Positions 40,155 through 49,974 of a stretch of DNA of 64,000 bases are shown one piece after another (the first letter of the stretch is position 1; every line of letters starts with the position of its first letter). The stretch spans positions 26,099 to 90,098 of IMG/VR virus record IMGVR_UViG_3300043436_003696; one strand, given 5' to 3'. The stretch comes from a virus. The translations under genes were made by a program, and so were the position numbers. The notes beneath the pieces were generated by a model. It did no database searches. It saw only the letters and a list, made by a program, of their open reading frames with translations, and had not been told where the DNA came from.

Positions 40155-40450
40155 GGTTGTCATAGTACGGTATAGTTGGTTGTTAAGGTTTCATGGGGGT
40201 CTAGTGGTTTAGTACATACCCTTCTTCTAACATATTTATTATTTTAAAAATGTAAAAAAAAATTTAATTTACTTGCTTTTTAACAACGTAAAATAACTTA
40301 CTTAATTAATGATTTTCACAACCACCTTCATTTGATTTTATTTGCTTGAAAGTTAACAATAAAAAGATAACCCACCACGTCATATCGGTGTATTACTATA
40401 CAAAAAAATTATACCCTTTTGAGGATTAACAGGGCTTTAGAGCCTCTTTT

Positions 40451-40630
40451 ACTGTAACCCCATTACAGTTCAGATAGAACCCCATTACATTAACTACCCT
40501 ATTTTGACCCCTCGTAAGATAATGTAATAATTAAATAAAGCAAGAAAAAAAATAAATTATTTCAAATAGGAAAATAAATTTGCATTTAAACTGTAAATTC
40601 GCTAGCTTTGTACTGTACCCCCGTTACAGT
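40451..40630 (+). promoter_or_regulatory. Promoter with repeated palindromic operator/iteron-like sites
   Basis: ACTGTAACCCCATTACAGT (40451), ACTGTACCCCCGTTACAGT (40612) and partial AACCCCATTACA (40478); TTTG...TAGCTTTG promoter (40579-40610). Confidence 0.65.
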
Positions 40631-40651
40631 TAAAGTGTACTCAAAATTACA

Positions 40652-41116
40652 ATGGAAAATAAAAGATTAAACATTAGGTATATAGATAGGTTTATAGAAG
40701 AAGATGGTATTAAATTACCTGTCTATAAAAAGTTTAGTGCCACTACATCACACACTAAAAGGTATCATAATACATTATATTTATTAGCTGATTTAAAAGG
40801 TTGTGCTAGAAATTTAATGGATTTTTTTACAGAAGTAATGGATAATGATAATTATGTTAGTAGTAATAAAGGTATAATAGAAAAATTTATATCTGATATG
40901 AATGACGTTAATGTAAAGTACGGTGTAGATTCTATTAATAAAGCTATTAAAAAATTAAAAGATAAAAACTTTATTATATTAGTAACTAGAGGATATTATC
41001 AAGTTAATCCTAAATATTTTATGAAAAACAATGATAATAAACGAGAAGAATTAATTAAAATTAATTTAGAGTTTAATAAAAATAAAGATTACACTGATAT
41101 AGAAATAGAAGAATGA
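40652..41116 (+). CDS. RepL-like winged-helix protein
   Basis: SINKAIKKLKDKNFII...RGYYQVNPKYF; crAss-like phages are known to carry RepL-like genes. Confidence 0.7.
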   Translation: MENKRLNIRYIDRFIEEDGIKLPVYKKFSATTSHTKRYHNTLYLLADLKGCARNLMDFFTEVMDNDNYVSSNKGIIEKFISDMNDVNVKYGVDSINKAIKKLKDKNFIILVTRGYYQVNPKYFMKNNDNKREELIKINLEFNKNKDYTDIEIEE

Positions 41117-41409
41117 TACATATAGTAATAACTGAAAAAGAATTTAAATTTAAATTCACTGGTGGCATATCGTTAAAAGATATACTTACTTTAAAAGAAA
41201 AATATTTACAAGCTACAGGTAAAGATAAATTATATGAATCAACTGAAAAGTATTTTAATACTACTGAGTTTTTTCCTTCTACTAAAAGATTTGATAATAG
41301 TATAACCATAAGTTTAAAACAATGAACAAAAACTTAAAAAATATAAACTAATACAAGAAAAAAATAGATTACAAACTAAATTTAATTAAACAATTTAATA
41401 CAAAACAAC

Positions 41410-41841
41410 ATGATTAAGAATCAACAAACATTTAACATTTCATTAGAAAATCACGATACAGATATTATCGTATTTCCAGTTCCTTCATTAGAATCAATTA
41501 AAAAATTAAATTCTACTATTCATGTAGATGAAAAAACTAAAAGACAATTACAAGAAGATGCCCAAAAAGAATCAGCTAGACCTTATGTAGTATCTAAAGT
41601 AGGTAAAGGTGTTGAAGGATTAAAAGCAGGAGATTTAGTATTTTGTAACCCTGATGCTATGGGAGTTGCTACTGTAATTAGATTTAATCCTTCTACATTT
41701 TGGTTAAATCCTATTATTATTCCTGCGTTTTATGCTTATAAAGTAGTATATACAGAAGAATATGAAAAAGAATTTGATGAAATAATTGACTGGTATAATG
41801 CTGAACAAATTAAAAAAGAACAAATTTTAGCAAATTCATAG
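41410..41841 (+). CDS. GroES-like protein
   Basis: DIIVFP...VVSKVGKGVEGLKAGDLVF. Confidence 0.55.
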   Translation: MIKNQQTFNISLENHDTDIIVFPVPSLESIKKLNSTIHVDEKTKRQLQEDAQKESARPYVVSKVGKGVEGLKAGDLVFCNPDAMGVATVIRFNPSTFWLNPIIIPAFYAYKVVYTEEYEKEFDEIIDWYNAEQIKKEQILANS

Positions 41842-41842
41842 C

Positions 41843-42181
41843 ATGGAAAAAACAATAACATTATTAGTACAATTACAAACAGTTATAAAACTGTTTCACT
41901 GGTCTAGTAAATCTTATAGTGAACATATAGCTCTTGGTGAGCTATATGATTCATTATCAGAATCAATAGATACTTTAGTAGAATCAGTACAAGGAGAAAC
42001 TGGTATATTAGATATTAAAATACCACAAGTTTCTAAAGAAGGGTTAAACCCTATAACAACTATTACTAATGTTTGTAAACAATTAGAAACTGTTAAAGAA
42101 GAAGATTGGATTACAAATCAAATTCAAGAAATACTTAAAGATTTATATAAAACTAAATATAAACTAATTAATTTAAAATAG
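41843..42181 (+). CDS. Ferritin/Dps-like four-helix protein (DUF5856-like)
   Basis: KLFHWSSKSYSEHIALGELYDSL...IDTLVE...KYKL. Confidence 0.75.
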   Translation: MEKTITLLVQLQTVIKLFHWSSKSYSEHIALGELYDSLSESIDTLVESVQGETGILDIKIPQVSKEGLNPITTITNVCKQLETVKEEDWITNQIQEILKDLYKTKYKLINLK

Positions 42182-42655
42182 TATGGCACAAGCTAAATTA
42201 TCAATGTTAGATTTTATTGAAGGATTTAAATATAAAGTATTAACAAGTATTAGTAAAGGTATTTGGGAAAATAAAATTGTAACTAAAGAAACTTTAGAAG
42301 ATGTTGAATATTTAAGATTCATTGAGAATGAAATAAAAGTTAATAGAGTAAAACACGTATAAAAACAGTAAACTTAATAAAAAATTTTAATGGTTACGAA
42401 AGAATTAATAAGCGTATTAAAAAAACAACTTGATGCAAGAAATACAAATAACACAAGCAACAACTAATAACGTACCTGAAACTAGAACTATGTATATTGG
42501 TGTTTGGGAAGGTGAAAACGGAAGTGTAAATGTTGTTGGACTACCACAACAAGATATTAAAATCGCAGAACACCATTTAATTATTTCTAGTAGACAAAAT
42601 AAAGGTTGGAAAAGAATTATAAGTTTTGAAGTACCATATTTTAAAAAAGCAGATA

Positions 42656-43096
42656 ATGATTATTAAAATAGATAATAATTGGTTTAAAAATGTAGAAAAA
42701 AATGATTATAAGAACTATATTAAAGAATGTAATGAAGCTAAAGAGAAAGTTACATTTAAAATACATGAAGGCAAAGTAGTTTATAAAGTAGTAAATTCTG
42801 TAGAATTAAAAAAATTAAATGTAGCGGAAGAACCACAAAAAGAACAAAAACAAATTAAAGATAATCCTGTTGATAGTCTTTTATCTGTTGTATTGTTAAC
42901 AACAGGGGGTAAAACTATTAGCGTGCCTAAAATAAATATACCAGTATTAAATACTTCTATTAGTAAACAAGTTCCTTTTATAATAGGACAATCTTTAAAT
43001 TACCAATATTGTGATAGATGTAATACAACTGTTAATCATTATAAAGTAATGGGTGTACTAGCTTGTGGTAATTGTAGATACGGTGTTGTTTTGTAA
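42656..43096 (+). CDS. Hypothetical protein with C-terminal zinc ribbon
   Basis: CDRC...CGNC; probable ATG at 42656. Confidence 0.55.
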   Translation: MIIKIDNNWFKNVEKNDYKNYIKECNEAKEKVTFKIHEGKVVYKVVNSVELKKLNVAEEPQKEQKQIKDNPVDSLLSVVLLTTGGKTISVPKINIPVLNTSISKQVPFIIGQSLNYQYCDRCNTTVNHYKVMGVLACGNCRYGVVL

Positions 43097-43147
43097 AAAT
43101 AAATTTATACCTAAAAAGTAAAAAGTAAATAATCGACGTAAAATTAT

Positions 43148-43155
43148 TAAATTTG
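43148..43155 (+). promoter_or_regulatory. Bacteroidota -7 promoter box
   Basis: TAAATTTG 5 nt before the ATG at 43161. Confidence 0.5.
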
Positions 43156-43160
43156 TAACA

Positions 43161-43412
43161 ATGTCAGATAAAATTTTAGATAAAAATATTAAACTTATAG
43201 CTCAAAAACATGGTGTTGAAGAAAGTTTAGTTAAAGAATTATGGGATTTTCAAAGTAGACAAGTAGGTAAATTTTTATCTAGTATACCTGTTGATGAAAC
43301 ACCTGATAAAATAAAAATGACATGGATAGGCAGTTTTAAATTTAAAAAAACGCAATATGATAAATTTAATGAAATTAAAAAACTTAAACAAGAAAGCTCC
43401 ATTAAGGATTAA
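43161..43412 (+). CDS. IHF/HU-like DNA-binding protein
   Basis: IKLIAQKHGVEESLVKEL...IKMTWIGSFK; position before the terminase. Confidence 0.6.
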   Translation: MSDKILDKNIKLIAQKHGVEESLVKELWDFQSRQVGKFLSSIPVDETPDKIKMTWIGSFKFKKTQYDKFNEIKKLKQESSIKD

Positions 43413-43613
43413 CTTAAAAATAACTTTAGACTTTTGGGCATTTAAACCGTATAAAGAAAAATTAACTTACGGTATTGATGGATTAACATATTCACCAACT
43501 TCTTATAGATTCTTATGTTTTGCAATTACAACTGTAAAAGAATCTGATAGAGTAGTATTTGAAGTTGCTAGTTATAAAGTATCTGGTAATGAAGGTAAAA
43601 AATTTAATAAATC

Positions 43614-44204
43614 ATGATTAAACTTATTAGTATACAAGATGAAAAACCTGTAATATCTGCTGAAGCTAGAACTATTGCTATTTTTAGAAAAATAATAGAA
43701 AGAGATAGAGGTCAATGGAAATTACAAGGAGATTCAGACGGTAGAAAAAAAATTCTAGCTATGCTAGAACTTTCTTTTATTTATTTTTTTGCTGACCCAA
43801 GAAGTCAATATACTGAAACTTATGCAGGTGATAATGATTTACGTGCAGAAAAAGTTAAACGTATTTTAGGATTACCAGAAACTTGGAAACCAGATGAATT
43901 AATAAAAGAAGCTATTGAATTTTATGTATCAGAATTAAAAGAAGATTTTGATATAGGGTTTTTAGAAGATTCTTTATTAGCTGCTAAAAAAACAAGAGAA
44001 TATTTTAGAAATGTTGATTACGATGAAACTATTCAAGTAGGTAAATCAGTAGTATTAAAATATAAAATTAAAGAAGTTACATCAGCACTTAAAGAAGTAC
44101 CTAGCGTAATTGAAAATTTAAAAATAGCTAGAGAAAAAGCTTTTAAATCTGAAAAACTTAATACTAAAGTTAGAGGTGGTGGTGCTGTAGGTAGATACGA
44201 ATAA
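43614..44204 (+). CDS. Conserved crAss-like protein upstream of TerL
   Basis: ELSFIYFFADPRSQY, LGLPETWKPDELI, C-terminal VRGG. Confidence 0.7.
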   Translation: MIKLISIQDEKPVISAEARTIAIFRKIIERDRGQWKLQGDSDGRKKILAMLELSFIYFFADPRSQYTETYAGDNDLRAEKVKRILGLPETWKPDELIKEAIEFYVSELKEDFDIGFLEDSLLAAKKTREYFRNVDYDETIQVGKSVVLKYKIKEVTSALKEVPSVIENLKIAREKAFKSEKLNTKVRGGGAVGRYE

Positions 44205-44207
44205 TCT

Positions 44208-46436
44208 ATGAGAAAAGAAGATGTTAAATTAATTGACTTTACTGCATTAGGTATAAATACTAAATTATTTAGTCCTGCTGCTGCATACTATGATACTCAT
44301 GGTAATTATCCTGATTTTAAAGATACAATTTATTGGGATGAAGAAGAACGTAGATGTATTGAAGGTTATAGCATAACTAGTACTAAAGGCGTAACAATCA
44401 ATATAACAGGGGAACATTACAGTTATCTTAATTACACAAGAATTAAATTAACTGATGACCCAGATGCTAAAAGTAAAAAATCGTTCTTTAAACGAGCAAC
44501 AACTAAAAAAGAAGCTTTTCCAGATTTTTGGGATGGTGATTATATTTTTTATTGGTGTAAAATAATTGCACGATATGGTGCAAGTAATTACCCTGAAATT
44601 AAAAAACAAGGTGGTATTACTTTAGAAGAATTTACAAACTTACATTTTCCAGACGAAGTAAAAATAAAAAAGCAATCATTTTTTGTAAATGGTATTGAAC
44701 AAGATTATTTTGAAGAAGATGGAATTAAATATTATTTGTATGGTTCTGGTAAAAATGTAGTAGTAGGTAAAAAAAGACGTGGTGGTTATTCATATAAAAT
44801 GGGTAATGCTGGTAGTAGAAGATACCATTTCTTTAAAAAATCTACAACTTTATTAACTGCTTATGACAATGCGTATCTTTTAGATGATGCGTTAATGACT
44901 AAAACAGTTGAATGTATTGACTGGATAGATAGTAAAACACCGTTTACTAAACGAAGATTAATAAATCTTGATGACCATAAAATGTGTGGTTACAAAGAAA
45001 ATGTTGGTGGTGTAGAAGTACATAAAGGTAGAAAAAGTCAAATTATTGCTATTTCATTTAGGGGTAATAAAGGTGCTGCAAGGGGTAAAGATGCTGATGA
45101 AATATACGTAGAAGAATCTGGTAAAGCACCTAACCTTATTGAATTTAGTGATGCTACTATAGATTCATTAAGTGATGGATTAATGAATAGTACTGGGCAA
45201 ATTATTTGGTTTGGTACTGGTGGTGGTGATAATACAGATTGGGAAGGTTTTAAAGAAATTTTTTACAACCCTAATAAATATAATTGTCTTGAATTTGAAA
45301 ATGTTTGGGATGAAGGTGCTACTGGTACTTATTGTGGAATGTTTATTCCTGATTATTGGACTGCTGTAGGATTTATTACACCAAATGGTGAATCTTTAAT
45401 TGAATTAGCAAAAGAAGCTGAATTAGAATATCAAAAAAATAAATATTTAACTAAAGGAGATGGTAAAGGATTAGTTGCTCGTAAAATGGAGCATCCAATG
45501 TGTCCAGCAGAAGCATTTGCAATTTCTAGTAGTAATATATTTGATGTTTTAACTGTTAGAGAATGGCGATTAAAAGTAGAAAGAGAAAAACTACATCAAA
45601 AATTTGCAACTGTAGGTTCATTTAGTTACGATAGTTCTGGTAAATTAAAATTTAATGTTGACGATACTGGAACATTACAACCTTTTTGGGATTACCCAAT
45701 TAATGAAAATACTCCTAATAAAAAAGGAGCGGTAGTTATTTGGAATCCACCTTTAAAAGAAGGTGGTCAAGTACCAGCAAATAGATATATTATAGATGTA
45801 GATACATACAGGTATGACCAAAGTACAGGTAGTTCTGTTGGAGCAGCTTATGTAAAAATACTATCTGGTGCTAAAGTACCGTTTAATTTAGATAACAGAA
45901 TTGTTGGGCAATATGTTGGAAGACCTGCAAAAAAAGATGACTTTTGTAGAATTATATTTCAATTAGCTGATTACTATAATGCTAAAATAGGTTATGAAAA
46001 TGATGACCAAACATTATTAGATTACGCTAAAGCTAAAAAATTAGATTTAATGAAATATTTTGAAGGGGAATTTCAATTAGCTTTTGATGAAAAAATAGCT
46101 ACAAAAAATTCTAAAGTTAGGCGTAAATTTGGTATGCACATTGGTGATGGTAAGTTATCACAACGTAAGTATACTGGAGATGAATATATAAAAGATAGTA
46201 TTGAAGAAGTTAGAGGAACTTACGAAGACGGTTCAACACAAACTAATTTAATGACTATATATGATATTGGATTATTAAAAGAAATTGAATCATATAATCC
46301 AGAAAAAGGTAATTTTGATAGAATTGCTGCTTTAAGAATACAAGCTTACCATGAACGAGAAATTGTTTATGAAAATAGAAAAGAAACTGTAAAAAGAAAA
46401 ACATTCTTTTTAGATAACCACCAATGTTTTAAATAA
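44208..46436 (+). CDS. terL: Terminase large subunit
   Basis: GKKRRGGYSYK Walker A-like, YVEESGK Walker B, FGTGG, nuclease-domain IIDVD...GNFDRI; directly upstream of the portal. Confidence 0.92.
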   Translation: MRKEDVKLIDFTALGINTKLFSPAAAYYDTHGNYPDFKDTIYWDEEERRCIEGYSITSTKGVTINITGEHYSYLNYTRIKLTDDPDAKSKKSFFKRATTKKEAFPDFWDGDYIFYWCKIIARYGASNYPEIKKQGGITLEEFTNLHFPDEVKIKKQSFFVNGIEQDYFEEDGIKYYLYGSGKNVVVGKKRRGGYSYKMGNAGSRRYHFFKKSTTLLTAYDNAYLLDDALMTKTVECIDWIDSKTPFTKRRLINLDDHKMCGYKENVGGVEVHKGRKSQIIAISFRGNKGAARGKDADEIYVEESGKAPNLIEFSDATIDSLSDGLMNSTGQIIWFGTGGGDNTDWEGFKEIFYNPNKYNCLEFENVWDEGATGTYCGMFIPDYWTAVGFITPNGESLIELAKEAELEYQKNKYLTKGDGKGLVARKMEHPMCPAEAFAISSSNIFDVLTVREWRLKVEREKLHQKFATVGSFSYDSSGKLKFNVDDTGTLQPFWDYPINENTPNKKGAVVIWNPPLKEGGQVPANRYIIDVDTYRYDQSTGSSVGAAYVKILSGAKVPFNLDNRIVGQYVGRPAKKDDFCRIIFQLADYYNAKIGYENDDQTLLDYAKAKKLDLMKYFEGEFQLAFDEKIATKNSKVRRKFGMHIGDGKLSQRKYTGDEYIKDSIEEVRGTYEDGSTQTNLMTIYDIGLLKEIESYNPEKGNFDRIAALRIQAYHEREIVYENRKETVKRKTFFLDNHQCFK

Positions 46437-46442
46437 AATACA

Positions 46443-48761
46443 ATGAATATATCAAGACCAGAACAACGATTACTTTTAAGTAAAAAGAATCAAGATTGGA
46501 AAGAAAAAAACGTAATATATTGGTGTGGTAGAACTAATTTATATCCTGTTGTTAATAGCGATGCTTTAGTTTTATACGCAGCAGCAGCAGGTAAAATGGA
46601 TGAAAGCGTATATACTTACGTTACAAATCCATTAAATACTAACGACACTAAATTAAAAGGGTATCCAGCTAAAATGCGTAATATTGACATTTTATCTGGT
46701 AATATTCAAACTCTTCTTGGAGAATTAAGTGAAAGATTGTTTAACCCAATGGTTATAGCAATTAATTCTAATATTGAAAGTTTAAAAGAAGAAAAAGAAT
46801 ATGAATTACTTCTACAACAATTAAAACAAGAATTTGTAAATAATTTAGTAAAAGAAGGATTAGCTCCGCAAGAAATAGCTCAAACACCATTATCTGATGA
46901 TATTATTAGAAAAACTGTTTCTAATATTAAAGACCAATTAGCATTAATGGGTCAACAAGGGTTAGATGTTATTTTAAAAGATTCTGAAGTTGATTTAATT
47001 AGACGTAAAACACTTTATGATTTTATTGTTTTAGCTCGTATGTTTACTTACAGAGATATACAATATAATGATATAGTTTATAATTGGGTTAGTCCATTAG
47101 AAATTAGTTTTACTAATACACCTAATGTTGATTTTATAGAAGACTGTGAAGCAGTTAAACGTGCTGTAACATTACCTATGTCAGAAATAATGGATATTTT
47201 TTCTGATAATAAAGATTTTCAAAAAATATTACCTGAATTAGAATTACGTATTGGTAATGTTGGCTATCAATCTGTTTATACAGGTATAACTACAGATATG
47301 TTAAAAGGAGATATGTCACAACCATTTACTACTCAAACCGAAGGATTAATGGTAGAGCATATTAATTGGACTTCTATGAAAATGATGAAACGTGTTACTG
47401 GTAAAGACGTTTTTGGAAATTTTTATAAAGAAGATTACGATGAAACTTATATAGCTTTAGATACAGAAGAAGTAGAAGAATATTGGGTTAATGAAAAATG
47501 GGAAGGGTATAGAATAGATGGTCAACATATATTAGGAGTACAACCAATTGAATTTCAACGTGGTACTTATAATAACCCTAATAAATGTAAAAATTTATAC
47601 AACGGTAGAATATTTATGAATAATTATATTATTCCTCAATCTATTATAGAAAAAGGAATTGTATATCAAATTAAATATAATATAATACATTACCATTTAG
47701 AAAAAATTATAGCTAAAAATAAAGATAAAATAATGACTATTCCTTTAGGGATTATACCTCAAAAAGAAGGTTGGGATGAATTTACTATGATGTATTATGC
47801 TGATGCTCATGGTTACTTATTTATGGATGAAACTAATCCACAAACAATGCAAGCTATGCAATACATGAAAAGTATTGATATGGGGTTAACACAATACATT
47901 AAAGAAATGTATGGTATTCTTAGGCAGATAAAAGAAGATTGGGATGAATCAGTTGGTATAAGTAGACAAAGAAAAGGTCAAAATATGGCTTCTGATGGAA
48001 AAGCTGTAAATGAAGAAGCTATATACAGAAGTTCTGTTATTAGTGAAGAATTTTTTAAACAACATGAAGAAACAATTATTAGAGATTTACAATGTTTATT
48101 AGATTTCTCTAAAGTAGCTTGGGCTAATGGTAAAAAAGGTGCTTATGTAAATAGTGATATGAAAGAAGTTTATTACAATTTAGACCCTACTGTTTATCCT
48201 TTTTCAGAACATGGTATTTATGTAGAAAATAGTACAAAAGCTACTAAAGAACTACAAATGATGAAACAACAATTAGGTAATGTAGCACAACAATCTAACC
48301 AAATAGGATTATTACCTAGAATTGCTAGAGCTACTAATATGAGTAAATTGATTGAAGAAATAGATGCGATAGAAGCTAAATTCAATGAACAACAACAAGG
48401 TAATGTTCAAGCAGAACAACAATTAAAAGCAGAAGAAGTTGCTGATAAAGAAAAAGATAGACAGCTTAAAATATATGAAATTGATGAAAACAATGATACT
48501 AAAAAATATATAGCTGTTTTACAAGCACAAGCACAAGCATTATCTTTTCAAATGGGTGAAGAAGGTACTGTAGATGCTGTTAAAATACAAGAACTTGCTA
48601 TTAAACAACAAGAAATTTTTAGAAAAATTGATTTAGAACAACAAAAATTAGAAGAATCGAAACAAAAAAGAATGGATGATGTTAAAATAGCTAGAGAAAA
48701 TATGGTAAATGATTTAGAAATAGCAAAGAAAAATGCTTCAAATAGAGGAGCAAAAAAATAA
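46443..48761 (+). CDS. Portal protein
   Basis: 772 aa, follows TerL; WVNEKWEGYRI, VGISRQRKG, coiled-coil C-terminus. Confidence 0.88.
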   Translation: MNISRPEQRLLLSKKNQDWKEKNVIYWCGRTNLYPVVNSDALVLYAAAAGKMDESVYTYVTNPLNTNDTKLKGYPAKMRNIDILSGNIQTLLGELSERLFNPMVIAINSNIESLKEEKEYELLLQQLKQEFVNNLVKEGLAPQEIAQTPLSDDIIRKTVSNIKDQLALMGQQGLDVILKDSEVDLIRRKTLYDFIVLARMFTYRDIQYNDIVYNWVSPLEISFTNTPNVDFIEDCEAVKRAVTLPMSEIMDIFSDNKDFQKILPELELRIGNVGYQSVYTGITTDMLKGDMSQPFTTQTEGLMVEHINWTSMKMMKRVTGKDVFGNFYKEDYDETYIALDTEEVEEYWVNEKWEGYRIDGQHILGVQPIEFQRGTYNNPNKCKNLYNGRIFMNNYIIPQSIIEKGIVYQIKYNIIHYHLEKIIAKNKDKIMTIPLGIIPQKEGWDEFTMMYYADAHGYLFMDETNPQTMQAMQYMKSIDMGLTQYIKEMYGILRQIKEDWDESVGISRQRKGQNMASDGKAVNEEAIYRSSVISEEFFKQHEETIIRDLQCLLDFSKVAWANGKKGAYVNSDMKEVYYNLDPTVYPFSEHGIYVENSTKATKELQMMKQQLGNVAQQSNQIGLLPRIARATNMSKLIEEIDAIEAKFNEQQQGNVQAEQQLKAEEVADKEKDRQLKIYEIDENNDTKKYIAVLQAQAQALSFQMGEEGTVDAVKIQELAIKQQEIFRKIDLEQQKLEESKQKRMDDVKIARENMVNDLEIAKKNASNRGAKK

Positions 48762-48816
48762 ATCTATACACAATTAATACACTTAAAATAGTTTAAAATA
48801 ACTGTTGTAAATTGTG

Positions 48817-48824
48817 TAAATTTG
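48817..48824 (+). promoter_or_regulatory. Bacteroidota -7 promoter box upstream of the scaffold/capsid genes
   Basis: TAAATTTG in the intergenic gap. Confidence 0.5.
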
Positions 48825-48867
48825 TATTCGGTTTTAAATAAATACACACAACTTAAATTTAATAATT

Positions 48868-49944
48868 ATGGTAGAACCACAAATTTTTGTTTCAGACGAA
48901 ATGGCTGAAATGATGAACCAAAAGTTTAATCTGGAAGACCCAGAAAAAACCCCTGATGCGCCTAGTAACAATGCAACTAACAATGCAACTAATGATGAAC
49001 CTGATGGTACTGATTTATCTTGGGATGAAGAATCATCAACATCTAAAGATTTAAATTTTGCATTTAACAACGATTCTAACAACGATGATGATGAAGATAA
49101 AGATGAAGATGAAGATGAACCATCTACATTAAAAACTTTATTAACTAATTACGGTTACGAAGATGATGATGATTTTAAAGAACTAGATTTAAAAGACAAC
49201 TCTGTTGAAGCAATTAAAAAGTTTTACGAAATTAGAGATGTTAAAAAAGTTAAAGAAATAGCAGCTCAAATCTTAGAAGAGGATGAAGACATTAAAAGTC
49301 TTTCTGAATGGAAAAAAGAAGGTAAATCAGTAGCTAGTTGGAAAGCTCAAAAAGAAGCTGAAGCTTTTACAATTGAAATTTCTGATGATGATATTGAAGG
49401 GCATGAAAAATTTGTTCGTTCAGTGTATGAACAACAAGGAATTAAAGGTAAAAAACTTGATGCAATTATTGAACAATTAAAAGATGATGATGAATTATTA
49501 ACTGAATCTAAAGATTTTCAAGAAAAAATTAAGCAGAGTGTAAAACAAAATGCTGATGCTATTGCAAAACAAGAAGCGGTAAAAGCTAAAACAGAACAAG
49601 AACTTAGAGATAAAGAAATAAAAGAAGTTAATGAAATTATTAAAACAGGTAAATTAGCAAATAGATTAATTATACCTGAAACAGAAAGAACTACTTTTAA
49701 CAAATATCTTTTTTCAAAAGACCGTGAAGAAAAATGGAATAAATTAGATACAGAAACACAATTACTTATTGAATATATGCTTTATAAAGATTTTAATATC
49801 AAAGGTGTAGAAAAAAAACAAGTAGTTGCAGCATCTAGTGGAAATAGAAAACCAGCATTAGCTGGTAAAGCAGGTGATTCTAAAGATATTCCAGAAATGT
49901 CTTTTGAAGAATTAAAAAGAAAACTAGGTAATAAACAAACCTAA
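48868..49944 (+). CDS. Acidic putative scaffolding protein
   Basis: D/E-rich, coiled coil, lies between portal and MCP. Confidence 0.7.
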   Translation: MVEPQIFVSDEMAEMMNQKFNLEDPEKTPDAPSNNATNNATNDEPDGTDLSWDEESSTSKDLNFAFNNDSNNDDDEDKDEDEDEPSTLKTLLTNYGYEDDDDFKELDLKDNSVEAIKKFYEIRDVKKVKEIAAQILEEDEDIKSLSEWKKEGKSVASWKAQKEAEAFTIEISDDDIEGHEKFVRSVYEQQGIKGKKLDAIIEQLKDDDELLTESKDFQEKIKQSVKQNADAIAKQEAVKAKTEQELRDKEIKEVNEIIKTGKLANRLIIPETERTTFNKYLFSKDREEKWNKLDTETQLLIEYMLYKDFNIKGVEKKQVVAASSGNRKPALAGKAGDSKDIPEMSFEELKRKLGNKQT

Positions 49945-49974
49945 TAACTATAAACAACTAAATAAATAAACAAC

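Noticed and set aside
48963-49120. AACAATGCAACT and GATGAA short tandem repeats
   Set aside because: Low-complexity coding of an acidic, disordered scaffold region; ordinary
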